Shown here in pieces: positions 20,526 to 32,017 of a stretch of DNA of 64,000 nucleotides. The notes beneath the pieces were generated by a model. It worked only from the letters and a program-made list of their open reading frames with translations, made no database searches and had not been told where the DNA came from. The DNA is from an uncultured Chloroflexia bacterium. Lineage in GTDB: Bacteria > Chloroflexota > Limnocylindria > Limnocylindrales > CSP1-4. A program made the position numbers and the translations under genes. The stretch's first letter is position 1. Each line of letters opens with the position of its first letter. Location of the stretch: NCBI GenBank assembly GCA_963766735.1, contig CAVYBU010000007.1, forward strand, positions 389,742-453,741, written 5' to 3'.

Positions 20526-21302
20526 ATGACACGGACCCGCTGGGCGCTCGTCATGGCCCTCGCAACAACGCTCCTCGTGGGAGCCTGCGGCGGCACCGAC
20601 AGCGCGACGGCCACGCCTCCGGATACCAGTCCCGCAGCCACGGCCGGGGTGGCCACCTCCGCCCCCGCCCCGAACGTTGGGACGGGAATCGGCGGCGCCG
20701 TCACGGCGCTGGAAGACCTCACCTCGTACACGTTCGCGATAGGCATCGCCGCCGAGGGCACAGCCGGCTTCTCATTCGTGCCGTCCGACGGCAGCATGAC
20801 GATCAGCGGCACCGCGATCCTCGAGCCCGAGATCGCCATGGACCTGACGATGTCCACCAGGGACGCGGCCGGTGCGGAGGCAGCCTTCGGCTACCGGATC
20901 ATCGGCGACCAGGCGTATGTGAGTCTCGGAACCGACATGTGGATCGAGACCTCCGCCGAGGACGCCCAGCGCACCGTCGAATCCCTCAAGCCCGGGGGCT
21001 TCCTGTCCAGCTTCGGCAGCATGGACGCCATGCAACCGGTCGGCGACGAGATGAAGAACGGCGTCTCGTGCACCCATTACTCGGGCGAGGCACCCGCGGC
21101 GCTGGGCGCCATGTTCGGGCTGCCGGCCGGCACCTGGACCACGGAGGCCTGGGTTGCCAAGGATGGCGGCTACGTGGTCTCGGCCGCCGTCACGGGCGAG
21201 GCACCCGACGGAACGTTCACGATGACCGTGGACATCGGCGACTTCAACTCTCCCAGCAACACCGTCGAGGCACCGTCTGACTTCACGCCGATGGGCGGCT
21301 GA
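20526..21302 (+). CDS. hypothetical lipoprotein
   Basis: MTRTRWALVMALATTLLVGAC lipobox. RBS AAGGTGA. No recognisable domain. Confidence 0.55.
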   Translation: MTRTRWALVMALATTLLVGACGGTDSATATPPDTSPAATAGVATSAPAPNVGTGIGGAVTALEDLTSYTFAIGIAAEGTAGFSFVPSDGSMTISGTAILEPEIAMDLTMSTRDAAGAEAAFGYRIIGDQAYVSLGTDMWIETSAEDAQRTVESLKPGGFLSSFGSMDAMQPVGDEMKNGVSCTHYSGEAPAALGAMFGLPAGTWTTEAWVAKDGGYVVSAAVTGEAPDGTFTMTVDIGDFNSPSNTVEAPSDFTPMGG

Positions 21303-21395
21303 CAACCACGGTCCTCTGCTTGCGGCCGGAGCCGCGCACTTGGCGGTTATGATCGGTCCCAGTCACACCCGTCCGCCGGAGGTCTCGCCCGTCGC

Positions 21396-22576
<1,181 letters not shown>

Positions 22577-22580
<4 letters not shown>

Positions 22581-23461
22581 GCATCCTCATCGGGCGCGAC
22601 ACGCGGCTCGTGGTCCAGGGCATCACCGGCCGCGAGGGCGAGTTCCACAGCAGGGCGATGCTCGACTACGGCACCCCCCTGGTCGCCGGCATGACTCCGG
22701 GCAAGGGCGGCCAGATGGCGCTCGATGGCCGGGTTCCGGTGTTCAACACCGTGAGCGAGGCCGTCCGCGAGACCGGCGCCAACACGTCGTGCATCTTCGT
22801 GCCTGCCGGCGGTGCTCCCGATGCGGTGCTCGAGGCGATTGATGCCGGCATCACCACGATCTTCTGCATCACGGAGGGCATCCCGGCGCTGGACATGGTC
22901 CCCGTCGTCGAGGTGGCCCGACGCGCAGGCGCCCACCTCGTCGGGCCCAACTGCCCGGGCGCCACGTCCCCCGGCCGCGCGAAGGTCGGCATCATCCCGG
23001 GCTCGATCCATCGCGAAGGGCGCGTCGGCGTGGTCTCGCGCTCCGGCACCCTCACCTACGAGGCCGTCCAGGCGATGACGGACGCCGGCGTCGGGCAGTC
23101 CACGTGCGTGGGGATCGGCGGCGATCCGGTGATCGGGACCCAGTTCCTCGACGTCCTCGAGCTGTTTGCGGCGGATCCCGAGACCGAGGCGCTGGTGCTG
23201 ATCGGCGAGATCGGCGGCGCGGCCGAGGAGGAGGCGGCGGCCTGGGCAGCGGAGCACATGGCCGACGTCCCGAAGGTCGCGTTCATCGCCGGCCGCACTG
23301 CGCCCGAGGGGAAGCGCATGGGTCATGCCGGCGCGATCATCTCGGGCGGCAGGGGCACGGCGGCCTCCAAGGTCACGGCTCTCGAGGCCGCGGGGTTCCG
23401 GGTCGCGAACTCGCCCACCGAGCTGCCAGCGCTCCTGCGCGAGGCCGGCTACCGGGGCTGA
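22577..23461 (+). CDS. sucD: succinyl-CoA synthetase alpha subunit
   Basis: CoA-binding and catalytic His region ([10 protein letters not shown]). GTGA overlap with sucC. Confidence 0.9.
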
Positions 23462-23613
23462 CGCATGCGGCGACCGACGGACGACCCGGAAACGACCTTC
23501 TGCGCTCGAGAAATCGCGGCGTCGGCAGCGCTGGGGCGGCCGTAGACTAGTCGACCTGCGACCCGGCACCTGCCGTGTCGCGAGATGGAAGGAGGATCGG
23601 CGCCCCGGCGCCC

Positions 23614-24084
23614 ATGGGAAGTCTGATGGACCTCGTCGCGGGTGACGCCCGTGACATCGTCCTCGCCCTCTCGATCGACGACGTGGCAGCGTTTGAGGAT
23701 CCGGACCGGTTTGTCGCCCATCTGCCCCTCGGCGGTGGACTGGACCCAACCTGGCTGGACCTCTTCTCGGAAGCCGTTCGATCCGTGACCGGGCTCGAGG
23801 ACCTCGTCGACTTCCTGGATGCCCGGATGGAGATCGAAGGGGCGGCGGCGGCGGGCGAGCGGATCGTCGACAGGGTGGATCGGGACTGGGTCGAGGCCGT
23901 CGCCCAGGTGCCCGAGGATCATCTCGGCGCCCTGGCCGGGCGATGGATCGAGCTCCTGGAGGAGGAGCTGGGATTGCTCCCCCGGGAGGAGAAGCCCTGG
24001 ATCCGGGACCTGGCGGGGCGCATCGTCGCGTTCTGCCGAGCGTCCTCCGAGGCGCGGGACGTCATCTTCGCCTGGGCCTTCTGA
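23614..24084 (+). CDS. hypothetical acidic protein
   Basis: ORF with GGAAGGAGG upstream. Start ambiguous (GTG 23575, ATG 23614 or ATG 23626). Confidence 0.4.
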   Translation: MGSLMDLVAGDARDIVLALSIDDVAAFEDPDRFVAHLPLGGGLDPTWLDLFSEAVRSVTGLEDLVDFLDARMEIEGAAAAGERIVDRVDRDWVEAVAQVPEDHLGALAGRWIELLEEELGLLPREEKPWIRDLAGRIVAFCRASSEARDVIFAWAF

Positions 24085-24169
24085 GCGGCGACTGTCAGGG
24101 TCCGATCCGCCCCCTCCCGGGTCTCCTCCGGCCCTCCCCTGCTCGCGTTGGGAAGCCCATCCTGTTCGC

Positions 24170-24838
24170 ATGAGCACAATCGACCCGGCACCCGGTGCCT
24201 TCCCCCCGCTCGCGGAGCCGCCGCTCGACCAGGGCGGCTGGGCGATCGCGGAACCGTGGCTCCGCCGCGGCTTCAAGATCCTCAATCAGCGATTCATGAT
24301 CCCGATCCACCGGGCCGGCCTCGGTGCCTGGCTCTCGACCCCGATCGGCGGCTACATGCTCCTTCTCCGGGCCCGCGGCCGGAAGAGCGGGGTGATGCGC
24401 GAGACGCCACTCGGCTACCTTGTCGCGGAGGGCTCCGCCTGGGTGCTGGCCGGCTTCGGGCCGCGGACGGAGTGGTACCGGAACCTGTGCGCCGACGCGC
24501 ACGTGGAGGTGTGGATGCCGGGAGGGCGCCACGCGGCGATCGCCGTGGAGGAGCTGGACCCCGCCGTTCGCGCCCGGATACTGCCGCCGCTGCTGAGATC
24601 CATGGGCGGCCCCGGACTCATGATTGGCGTCAACCCGTGGACGGCATCGGATGAGGCGATCATCGAGGCTCTCGCATGGGTCCCCCTGATCCGGATCAGC
24701 CCCGACGATGGTCCCCTCGAGGCCGGACCGGACGATCCCGGCGGGTACAACTGGATCTGGCGCCAGGCCATCGCCCTTGGGGCCACGTGGCTGGCGTGGC
24801 GCGTCCTCCGGCGATCGATCGGGCGCATCCTGGGCTGA
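24170..24838 (+). CDS. nitroreductase-family deazaflavin (F420)-dependent oxidoreductase, DUF385
   Basis: PIHRAGLGAWLSTPIGGYMLLLRARGRKSG...EVWMPGGR split-barrel signature. Confidence 0.6.
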   Translation: MSTIDPAPGAFPPLAEPPLDQGGWAIAEPWLRRGFKILNQRFMIPIHRAGLGAWLSTPIGGYMLLLRARGRKSGVMRETPLGYLVAEGSAWVLAGFGPRTEWYRNLCADAHVEVWMPGGRHAAIAVEELDPAVRARILPPLLRSMGGPGLMIGVNPWTASDEAIIEALAWVPLIRISPDDGPLEAGPDDPGGYNWIWRQAIALGATWLAWRVLRRSIGRILG

Positions 24839-24871
24839 GTCGGCTTCGCCAGGCACCCCCGTCCGCGGCGA

Positions 24872-25360
24872 TCAGGTCGAGGCGGGATACCCGAGAGCAG
24901 CCCACGAAGGGCCGCCCGGCGCCTCGATGAGCTCCACCAGCACCCCGTGGCATGTGCGCGGATGCAGGAAGGCCACGGGCCCCTCGGCACCCTTGCGCGG
25001 CGCGCTGTCGATCAGCTCGATTCCGTCCATCTCCAGGCGCATCAGCGTCTCGGACAGGTTGGCCACCTCGAAGCAGACGTGGTGGAACCCCTCGCCCTTC
25101 GCGGCCAGGAACCGCGCCACGCCCGTCGTGTCGTCGGTGGGCTGGACAAGCTCCACCTTCGACTCCCCCACCGGCAGGAAGGCGATGGTGCTCCTGTCGT
25201 GCTCCATGTGGACGACCAGGTCCACAGGCAAGCCGAGCATGTCCCGCCAGAACCCGAGAGAGCGGTCGATGTCGGCCACGACCAGGGCGACGTGGTGGAT
25301 CCTTCCCAGCTTCCGGATGGGCTCCGGCACCCTGGAGACCTCGCGGGTCGAGTCCGTCAT
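24872..25360 (-). CDS. methylmalonyl-CoA epimerase (VOC/glyoxalase fold)
   Basis: 162 aa, HHVALVV...GFHHVCFEV metal-binding pattern. Adjacent to the mutase. Confidence 0.7.
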   Translation of the reverse strand: MTDSTREVSRVPEPIRKLGRIHHVALVVADIDRSLGFWRDMLGLPVDLVVHMEHDRSTIAFLPVGESKVELVQPTDDTTGVARFLAAKGEGFHHVCFEVANLSETLMRLEMDGIELIDSAPRKGAEGPVAFLHPRTCHGVLVELIEAPGGPSWAALGYPAST

Positions 25361-25373
25361 TGCCTCGTCCTCC

Positions 25374-27098
25374 TCAGACCGTGATCAGCTCGCGGTGGAC
25401 GCCGAACGACGACCGCAGCCGGTCGGCGATCTCGCCCACGGTGGCGTAGGTCGCGACGGCCTCGATGATCGGCGGCATCAGGTTGCCGGTGCCCCGCGCC
25501 TCGTCCTCGAGGCGCCGGAGCGACGCCTCCCAGGCGGCCGGGTCCCGCCCGGCACGGACACGGAGGAGGCCTGCGACCTGGTCGCGCTCCCCATCGGGAT
25601 CGATCCTCAGGAGCGCCGGGCGGGTGCCGGAATCCTCGTCCCTGAACTTGTTCACGCCGACGACCACCCGGTCGGCTCGCTCGATCTCCCGCTGCACCCG
25701 GTAGGCGGACTCCTGGATCTGCCGCTGCTGGAAGCCACCCTCGATGGCGGCCAGGGTCCCGCCCATCGCGTCGATCTCGGCCAGGTACGCCAGGGCGGCG
25801 GCCTCGAGCTCGTTGGTCAATGACTCCACGAACCAGCTGCCGGCCAGCGGGTCGGGCGTCTCGGTGACACCTGCCTCGTGGGCGATGATCTGCTGAGTCC
25901 GGAGGGCCAGCCGGGCCAATTCGACCGTCGGCAGGGCCAGGGCCTCGTCCCGGGAGTTGGTGTGCAGGCTCTGGGTCCCGCCCAGCACCGCGGCCAGCGC
26001 CTGGATGGTGGTTCGGACCACGTTGTTGTCGATGGACTGGGCGGTCAGCGAGGAACCGGCGGTCTGGGTGTGGAAGCGGCACATCATCGATTTCGGGTTC
26101 CTGGCTCCGAAGCGCTCCTTCATGATCCGGGCCCACATCCGCCGGGCGGCCCGGAACTTGGCCACCTCCTCGAACAGCTCCGACCAGGCGGCGAAGAAGA
26201 ACGAGAGTCGCGGGGCAAAATCGTCCACGTCCAGGCCCCTGGACACGGCCGCCTCCACGTAGGCGATCCCATCGGCGAGCGTGAAGGCCAGCTCCTGGGC
26301 CGCCGTGGCCCCCGCCTCCCGCATGTGGTAGCCGGAGATGCTGATCGTGTTCCAGCGCGGGAGCTCGCGTGAGGCGAACTCGAACACGTCGGTGACGAGG
26401 CGCATGGACGCACGGGGCGGGTAGATCCACGTTCCCCGGGCGATGTATTCCTTGAGGATGTCGTTCTGGGTGGTGCCCGAGACCGCCCCGCGGGCGACTC
26501 CCTGCTTCTCGGCGGCCGCCACGTAGAGGGCAAGCAGGACCGGCGCCGTCGCGTTGATCGTCATGGACGTGCTGACCGTGCCCAGCGGGATCCCGGCGAA
26601 CAGGGTCTCCATGTCCGCAAGCGACGAGATCGGCACGCCGACCCGACCCACCTCCCCCTCCGCCTCCGGGGCGTCGGAGTCGTAGCCCATCTGGGTGGGC
26701 AGGTCGAATGCCACCGACAAACCGGTCTGGCCCTGCTCGAGGAGGTACCGGAAGCGCTCGTTGGTCTCGGCGGCGGTCGCGAAGCCCGCGTACTGGCGCA
26801 TGGTCCAGAAGCGGGAGCGGTACATCGTTGCCTGCACCCCCCGGGTGTATGGGTACTCGCCCGGGAGCCCCAGGTCCACGGCCGGATCGAGGTCCGGGAT
26901 GTCGGCCTTCGTGTAGAGGTCGCGGATCGGGATCTGCGAGGCGGTGGCGAAGTCGGGGCTTCGCTCCGCGGACGAGGCAACGGCCCTCGCCCGGGTGGTG
27001 GCCCGCCAGCGCTCCACGGCAGGATCGCCCGCCGCCGTGGACCCGGGACCGGTGCGGTCTCCGGCGCCGTCCGGCTGCGCCTTCGCCTCGTCGTTCAC
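25374..27098 (-). CDS. methylmalonyl-CoA mutase family, large (catalytic TIM-barrel) subunit without B12-binding domain
   Basis: 574 aa with the acyl-CoA mutase substrate domain ([32 protein letters not shown]). Ends before any B12 domain. Confidence 0.85.
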   Translation of the reverse strand: MNDEAKAQPDGAGDRTGPGSTAAGDPAVERWRATTRARAVASSAERSPDFATASQIPIRDLYTKADIPDLDPAVDLGLPGEYPYTRGVQATMYRSRFWTMRQYAGFATAAETNERFRYLLEQGQTGLSVAFDLPTQMGYDSDAPEAEGEVGRVGVPISSLADMETLFAGIPLGTVSTSMTINATAPVLLALYVAAAEKQGVARGAVSGTTQNDILKEYIARGTWIYPPRASMRLVTDVFEFASRELPRWNTISISGYHMREAGATAAQELAFTLADGIAYVEAAVSRGLDVDDFAPRLSFFFAAWSELFEEVAKFRAARRMWARIMKERFGARNPKSMMCRFHTQTAGSSLTAQSIDNNVVRTTIQALAAVLGGTQSLHTNSRDEALALPTVELARLALRTQQIIAHEAGVTETPDPLAGSWFVESLTNELEAAALAYLAEIDAMGGTLAAIEGGFQQRQIQESAYRVQREIERADRVVVGVNKFRDEDSGTRPALLRIDPDGERDQVAGLLRVRAGRDPAAWEASLRRLEDEARGTGNLMPPIIEAVATYATVGEIADRLRSSFGVHRELITV

Positions 27099-27109
27099 CC
27101 GGACCTCCG

Positions 27110-27790
27110 TCAGTCGATTACCAAGAGGACGTCGCCCACATCGATGTTCTGGCCAGGGGCAACGTTGACGCGGGAGATGGTGCCATCCCGCGGCGCCCGG
27201 AGCTCGTTCTGCATCTTCATGGCCTCGACGACGAGCAGATGCTCCCCGGCCGCGACCGCGTCACCGGCAGCCACGAAGACCGTCGCCACCTTGCCAGGGA
27301 TGATTGCCTTGACCTGCAGCGGACCGCTCCGGGCGCCCGCAGCCCGTCCCCGCGAGGCACGCTCGCGCAGGGCGGCGATGCGCTCGGACTCGGTCTCCAC
27401 CTCGAACCGGAAGCCGTCCACCAGGACCTCCCGTCGGCGTGCCCCACCCTCCCCGGCCACTGCCGGCTCCAGGACGACCCGCGTCACGCTGCCGTTCCCG
27501 GACAGCCGGAAGCGGCCGGATCCGAGCGACCGAAGGACGATGTCGGCAGGTGCGCCGTCCACCGTCACGGTGTGTCTTTGCGCACGGACACCCGCGCCGT
27601 CATCGCCCGCGGAGACGGGTCCGGCAGGCGACACGGTCAGGCCCGGCCCGTCCCTGTCCTGGCTCGCATCCGACATCCGAACGCGCACCCCACGCGGATC
27701 GACCGGGACGATGGGGAAGGTATCCACCCCGCCCGTGGCCCCGACCGTGCTGCGGGCCGCCACGCTGGTGGGGTCGGTCAGATCGGCCAT
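27110..27790 (-). CDS. biotin carboxyl carrier protein subunit
   Basis: C-terminal biotinyl domain EAMKMQNEL... with the lipoyl/biotinyl fold. Confidence 0.75.
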   Translation of the reverse strand: MADLTDPTSVAARSTVGATGGVDTFPIVPVDPRGVRVRMSDASQDRDGPGLTVSPAGPVSAGDDGAGVRAQRHTVTVDGAPADIVLRSLGSGRFRLSGNGSVTRVVLEPAVAGEGGARRREVLVDGFRFEVETESERIAALRERASRGRAAGARSGPLQVKAIIPGKVATVFVAAGDAVAAGEHLLVVEAMKMQNELRAPRDGTISRVNVAPGQNIDVGDVLLVID

Positions 27791-29382
27791 CGGTCGACTC
27801 CCTGTGCCCGCCCACCGCGCCGCCAGCCGTGCCCGGCCCTGACCGGACCATCTCCGGTGCTCCCCAGCGATGCCGGCAACGCGACAGACGCCGGCAGCGT
27901 GGTCACCGAGTAGCCGGAGCCCATCGGCTCGTCGATTGCCGCCACGCCGGCGGCGAGCAGGGCCTTCCCGATCGCGGCGCTCCGGGCGGCCTCCCCGTCC
28001 CAGTTGGCATCGACCCAGCCGGTGGACAGGTCGCCTCGCCTGAACGCGTCGCTCCGCGCAACAGCACGGTGGAATGGCAGCGTGGTCTGCACCCCGCCAA
28101 TCTCCGTCTCATCGAGCGCCCGACGCAACCGATCGATTGCCGCCTCGCGGTCGTGGGCGTGGACCATCAGCTTCGCGATCAGGTTGTCGTAGTCCGCCGG
28201 CACGCGATCGCCGGCCTCGATGTGCGTGTCCACGCGAATGCCCGGACCCGACGGCATGTTCCAGCGTCCGACGCGACCCGGTGTGGGCGCGAAGGAGCGA
28301 GCTGGGTCCTCGGCAGCGATCCGAACCTCGATCGCGTGGCTGGAGGGCAGGGCGGCTCGCTCCCCCGCGGCAACGACCTCAGGGCTGAGCGCCCCGCCTG
28401 CAGCGATCCGGAACTGCTCCCGAACGATGTCGACGCCGGACACGAGCTCCGTTACGCCGTGTTCGACCTGCAGGCGCGTGTTGACCTCCAGGAACCAGAA
28501 CTTGCCGTCGGGACTGTAGAGGAACTCACACGTTGCGGCATTGCGCAGGCCGGCCGCTTCGCCCATGCGCACGGCCAGGCCATGGAGGTGTCGGCGCTGC
28601 TCTTCCGTGAGACCGGGGGCCGGGGCCTCTTCGACAAGCTTCTGGTGGCGCCGCTGGAGGGAGCAATCCCGCTCACCCAGCGCGACAACCCGGCCATGGG
28701 CGTCGGCCAGGAGCTGCACTTCGATGTGGCGGGCGGGAACAATCTCCCGCTCGAGATAGACCGAGCCGTCGCCGAACGCCGATTGCGCCTCCTGCGAGCC
28801 CGCCAGGAGCGCGGCCGCGAGGTCCTCCTCGCCCGTCACTCGGCGCATGCCCCTGCCGCCGCCGCCCGCCGCTGCCTTGACCAGCAGCGGAAAGCCGATC
28901 TCGCGGGCCGCGACGACGATCGCATCCGCCTGGTCCGGGTGGTCAACCGGCACCGGATCGAGCGTTCCCGGAACGGAGGGAACCCCGATGCGCGCGGCAA
29001 GCCGCCGGGCATTGAGCTTGTCGCCCAGCACCTCGATCGCGCCGGACGCTGGACCCACGAACACGAGCCCGGCATCCTCGACAGCGCGAGCAAAGGCAGC
29101 TCGTTCGGCAAGGAACCCGTAACCGGGATGGACCGCCTCGGCTCCGGTGGACAACGCCGCCTCCACGACCGCGTCGATGCGCAGGTAGCTCTCCGACGGG
29201 GGCGGAGGACCCAGGTGGACGGCCAGATCGGCCAACCGGACATGCGCGGCCGATGCGTCGGCGTCGCTGTAGACCGCAACGGCTTCCATGCCCATCTCGT
29301 GACAGGCCCGGATGATGCGGACGGCGATCTCGCCCCGGTTGGCGACGAGAACCCGTCCGAAGGGCGGCGGCTCGGTGGTCAC
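27778..29382 (-). CDS. biotin carboxylase subunit (acyl-CoA carboxylase), with ~80 aa C-terminal extension
   Basis: ATP-grasp biotin carboxylase (RVLVANRGEIAVRIIRA, GGGGRGMR, EVNTRLQVEH). GTG start with GGGAGG RBS. Confidence 0.85.
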   Translation of the reverse strand: MTTEPPPFGRVLVANRGEIAVRIIRACHEMGMEAVAVYSDADASAAHVRLADLAVHLGPPPPSESYLRIDAVVEAALSTGAEAVHPGYGFLAERAAFARAVEDAGLVFVGPASGAIEVLGDKLNARRLAARIGVPSVPGTLDPVPVDHPDQADAIVVAAREIGFPLLVKAAAGGGGRGMRRVTGEEDLAAALLAGSQEAQSAFGDGSVYLEREIVPARHIEVQLLADAHGRVVALGERDCSLQRRHQKLVEEAPAPGLTEEQRRHLHGLAVRMGEAAGLRNAATCEFLYSPDGKFWFLEVNTRLQVEHGVTELVSGVDIVREQFRIAAGGALSPEVVAAGERAALPSSHAIEVRIAAEDPARSFAPTPGRVGRWNMPSGPGIRVDTHIEAGDRVPADYDNLIAKLMVHAHDREAAIDRLRRALDETEIGGVQTTLPFHRAVARSDAFRRGDLSTGWVDANWDGEAARSAAIGKALLAAGVAAIDEPMGSGYSVTTLPASVALPASLGSTGDGPVRAGHGWRRGGRAQGVDRWPI

Positions 29383-29430
29383 TGGTGCCTCCCGACGCGC
29401 GTGTCTTTGCGCAAAGACGGCATCCGCGTC

Positions 29431-30984
29431 TCAGAGGGGGATGTTTCCATGCTTCTTCCTGGGGTTCGTGTCTCGCTTGTCGGCAAGGATCTCCAGTGAC
29501 CTGATGAGGCGTGGCCGCGTTTCGCGCGGAAGGATCACCTCGTCGATGTAGCCGCGCGCCGCGGCGGCATACGGACTCGAGAACTCCGACTCGTACTCGG
29601 CGACCAGGCGCTGCCGCTCCCCCGCCGCGTCATCGGCCCCCGCAATCGTGTCCTTGAAGATGATGTTGACGGCACCTTCCGCCCCCATCACCGCAATTTC
29701 CGCCGTTGGCCAGGCGAAGTTCATGTCGCCCCGGATGTGCTTGCTGCTCATGACGTCGTAGGCACCGCCGTACGCCTTGCGGGTGATGACCGTGACCTTG
29801 GGGACGGTCGCCTCACAGTAGGCGTAGAGCAGCTTGGCACCGTGCTTGATGATCCCGCCATGTTCCTGGCCGACCCCAGGCAGGAACCCCGGCACGTCCA
29901 CGAAGGTGACGACGGGAACGTTGAACGCGTCGCAGGTCCGCACGAAGCGCGCGGCCTTGACCGATGCGTCGATGTCCAGCGCTCCCGCGAGAACTGCCGG
30001 CTGCTGGGCGACGATGCCCACCGGTCGCCCGCCCAAACGGGCGAAGCCGATCAGGATGTTGGCGGCCCATGCCGGCTGCAGCTCGAAGAACTCGCCGTCG
30101 TCGAATACGTGTCGAAGGACCGCGTGCATGTCGTAGGGCCGCGACGATTCGTCGGGCACCACGCTGTCGAGCTCCACGTCCATCCTGTCGGCGGGATCCG
30201 TCGACGCGACTCGCGGCGGATCCGCCAGGTTGTTCTGCGGCAGATGCGCAAGGAGCCGCCGGACGTGGTCCAGGGCCTCGGCCTCATCGCGGGCCGCGAG
30301 GTGTGCCACCCCGCTGACGCCGGTGTGGACGGCGGCGCCACCAAGTGCCTCCGAGTCAACCTCCTCGTGGGTGACCGCCTTGACCACGTTCGGACCGGTG
30401 ACGAACATGTAGCTCGTCCCCTCGACCATCACGGTGAAGTCCGTCATCGCCGGCGAGTACACGGCACCACCCGCACACGGACCGAGGATCACCGAGATCT
30501 GCGGCACGACACCGGATGCCATCACGTTGCGCAGGAAGATCTCCGCATAGCCGCCCAGCGACGCCACGCCTTCCTGGATCCTCGCCCCGCCAGAATCGTT
30601 CAGACCGATGACGGGGGCTCCGACCTTCATGGCGAGGTCCATCACCTTGCAGATCTTCTCTGCATAGGCCTCGGACAGCGAGCCACCAAACACCGTGAAG
30701 TCCTGGCTGAAGACGAAGACGAGTCGGCCGTCAACGGTCCCGTGGCCGGTCACGACGCCGTCGCCCAGGAACAGTTGGCGGTCCAGGCCGAAGTCAGTGG
30801 CTCGGTGGGTCACAAACGCGTCGAGCTCGACGAAGGACCCCGCATCCAGCAACAGGTCGAGACGTTCGCGCGCGGTCAGCTTGCCCCAAGCGTGCTGTCG
30901 CTCCATGCGAACCGGTCCCCCGCCCAGGAGGGCCTCTGCCCGCATGCGCTCGAGGCGAGAGATACGATCCTCATTCTTCGTCAC
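29431..30984 (-). CDS. pccB: propionyl-CoA carboxylase carboxyltransferase (beta) subunit
   Basis: 517 aa with carboxyltransferase N and C domains. Strong similarity pattern to PccB/AccD5. Confidence 0.9.
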   Translation of the reverse strand: MTKNEDRISRLERMRAEALLGGGPVRMERQHAWGKLTARERLDLLLDAGSFVELDAFVTHRATDFGLDRQLFLGDGVVTGHGTVDGRLVFVFSQDFTVFGGSLSEAYAEKICKVMDLAMKVGAPVIGLNDSGGARIQEGVASLGGYAEIFLRNVMASGVVPQISVILGPCAGGAVYSPAMTDFTVMVEGTSYMFVTGPNVVKAVTHEEVDSEALGGAAVHTGVSGVAHLAARDEAEALDHVRRLLAHLPQNNLADPPRVASTDPADRMDVELDSVVPDESSRPYDMHAVLRHVFDDGEFFELQPAWAANILIGFARLGGRPVGIVAQQPAVLAGALDIDASVKAARFVRTCDAFNVPVVTFVDVPGFLPGVGQEHGGIIKHGAKLLYAYCEATVPKVTVITRKAYGGAYDVMSSKHIRGDMNFAWPTAEIAVMGAEGAVNIIFKDTIAGADDAAGERQRLVAEYESEFSSPYAAAARGYIDEVILPRETRPRLIRSLEILADKRDTNPRKKHGNIPL

Positions 30985-31237
30985 GTGGTGGGCTCCATCC
31001 GGTCAGGGGCTGTCGTCTTTGCGCAAGGACGGCGCGACACGACCCATCATAGGCTCACGGGCCGCCCGCGAAGAAGGGCTGAACGACAATGCATCGAATC
31101 CGGCTGGATATCCACAGAAAGGTGCACAACCCGTCCGATCTGTGGACAACCTGGCGACGCGCCATTCGGAAGCGCGGAGTAGCATTCCCCCACTCGGACC
31201 CGCCGCCGGTCTCCGTCTCGCTTCTTCACTTCCCGAG

Positions 31238-32017
31238 GTGACGCTCTTGACACACGTGATCGCCATCGCCAATCAGAAGGGCGGCGTGGGCAAGACGACG
31301 ACCGCAATCAACCTTGCGGGCGCGCTCGCAGAACTTGGGCGAAGGGTCCTCCTCGTGGACATGGACCCACAGGCGAACCTCACGGTCGGCGTCGGCATCA
31401 ACCTCAACACCGTGGAACGCTCGATGGCCGACGTTCTCGCCGATGGTCGCTCGACGCTCACAGAGGCGATCCTCCCAACGGAGACGGCCGGCATCGACGT
31501 CGCACCGGCGCACATCGACCTCGCGAGCACCGAGGGTGAGCTGTTCACCGCCCTGGGCCGCGAGCAGATCCTCAGCGAGGCGATGCGCGACGCGATCGAT
31601 CCCTACGACTACGTACTGATCGACTGCCCGCCCAACCTGGGCCTGCTGACGGTCAACGGTCTCGTCGCCGCGGACAGCGTGATCATTCCGGTCCAGACGC
31701 AGTTCTACGCGATGAAGGGCCTCAACAACCTGGTCAAGGTCATCAACGCGATCCGGTTGAAGTTGAACCGGGACCTGCGGATCCTCGGCCTGCTGCCCAC
31801 CTTCTACGACGGCCGCACCAACCTTGCCAAGGACATGCTGGACGAGCTGCGCGTGGTGGGTGATCACCATGTCTTCAACACCATCATCCGCCAGAGCGTG
31901 AAGCTGGGCGAGGCGCCCCTCGCGGGGCGGCCAATCACCGCCTATGCCAGCTCGTCCGAAGCAGCCCGTACATATCGTGAGCTCGCCCGGGAGGTGATCG
32001 AACTTGGCCAGGACTGA
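31238..32017 (+). CDS. parA: chromosome partitioning ATPase ParA/Soj
   Basis: Deviant Walker A motif IAIANQKGGVGKTTTAINLA. Start GTG 31238. Confidence 0.85.
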   Translation: MTLLTHVIAIANQKGGVGKTTTAINLAGALAELGRRVLLVDMDPQANLTVGVGINLNTVERSMADVLADGRSTLTEAILPTETAGIDVAPAHIDLASTEGELFTALGREQILSEAMRDAIDPYDYVLIDCPPNLGLLTVNGLVAADSVIIPVQTQFYAMKGLNNLVKVINAIRLKLNRDLRILGLLPTFYDGRTNLAKDMLDELRVVGDHHVFNTIIRQSVKLGEAPLAGRPITAYASSSEAARTYRELAREVIELGQD

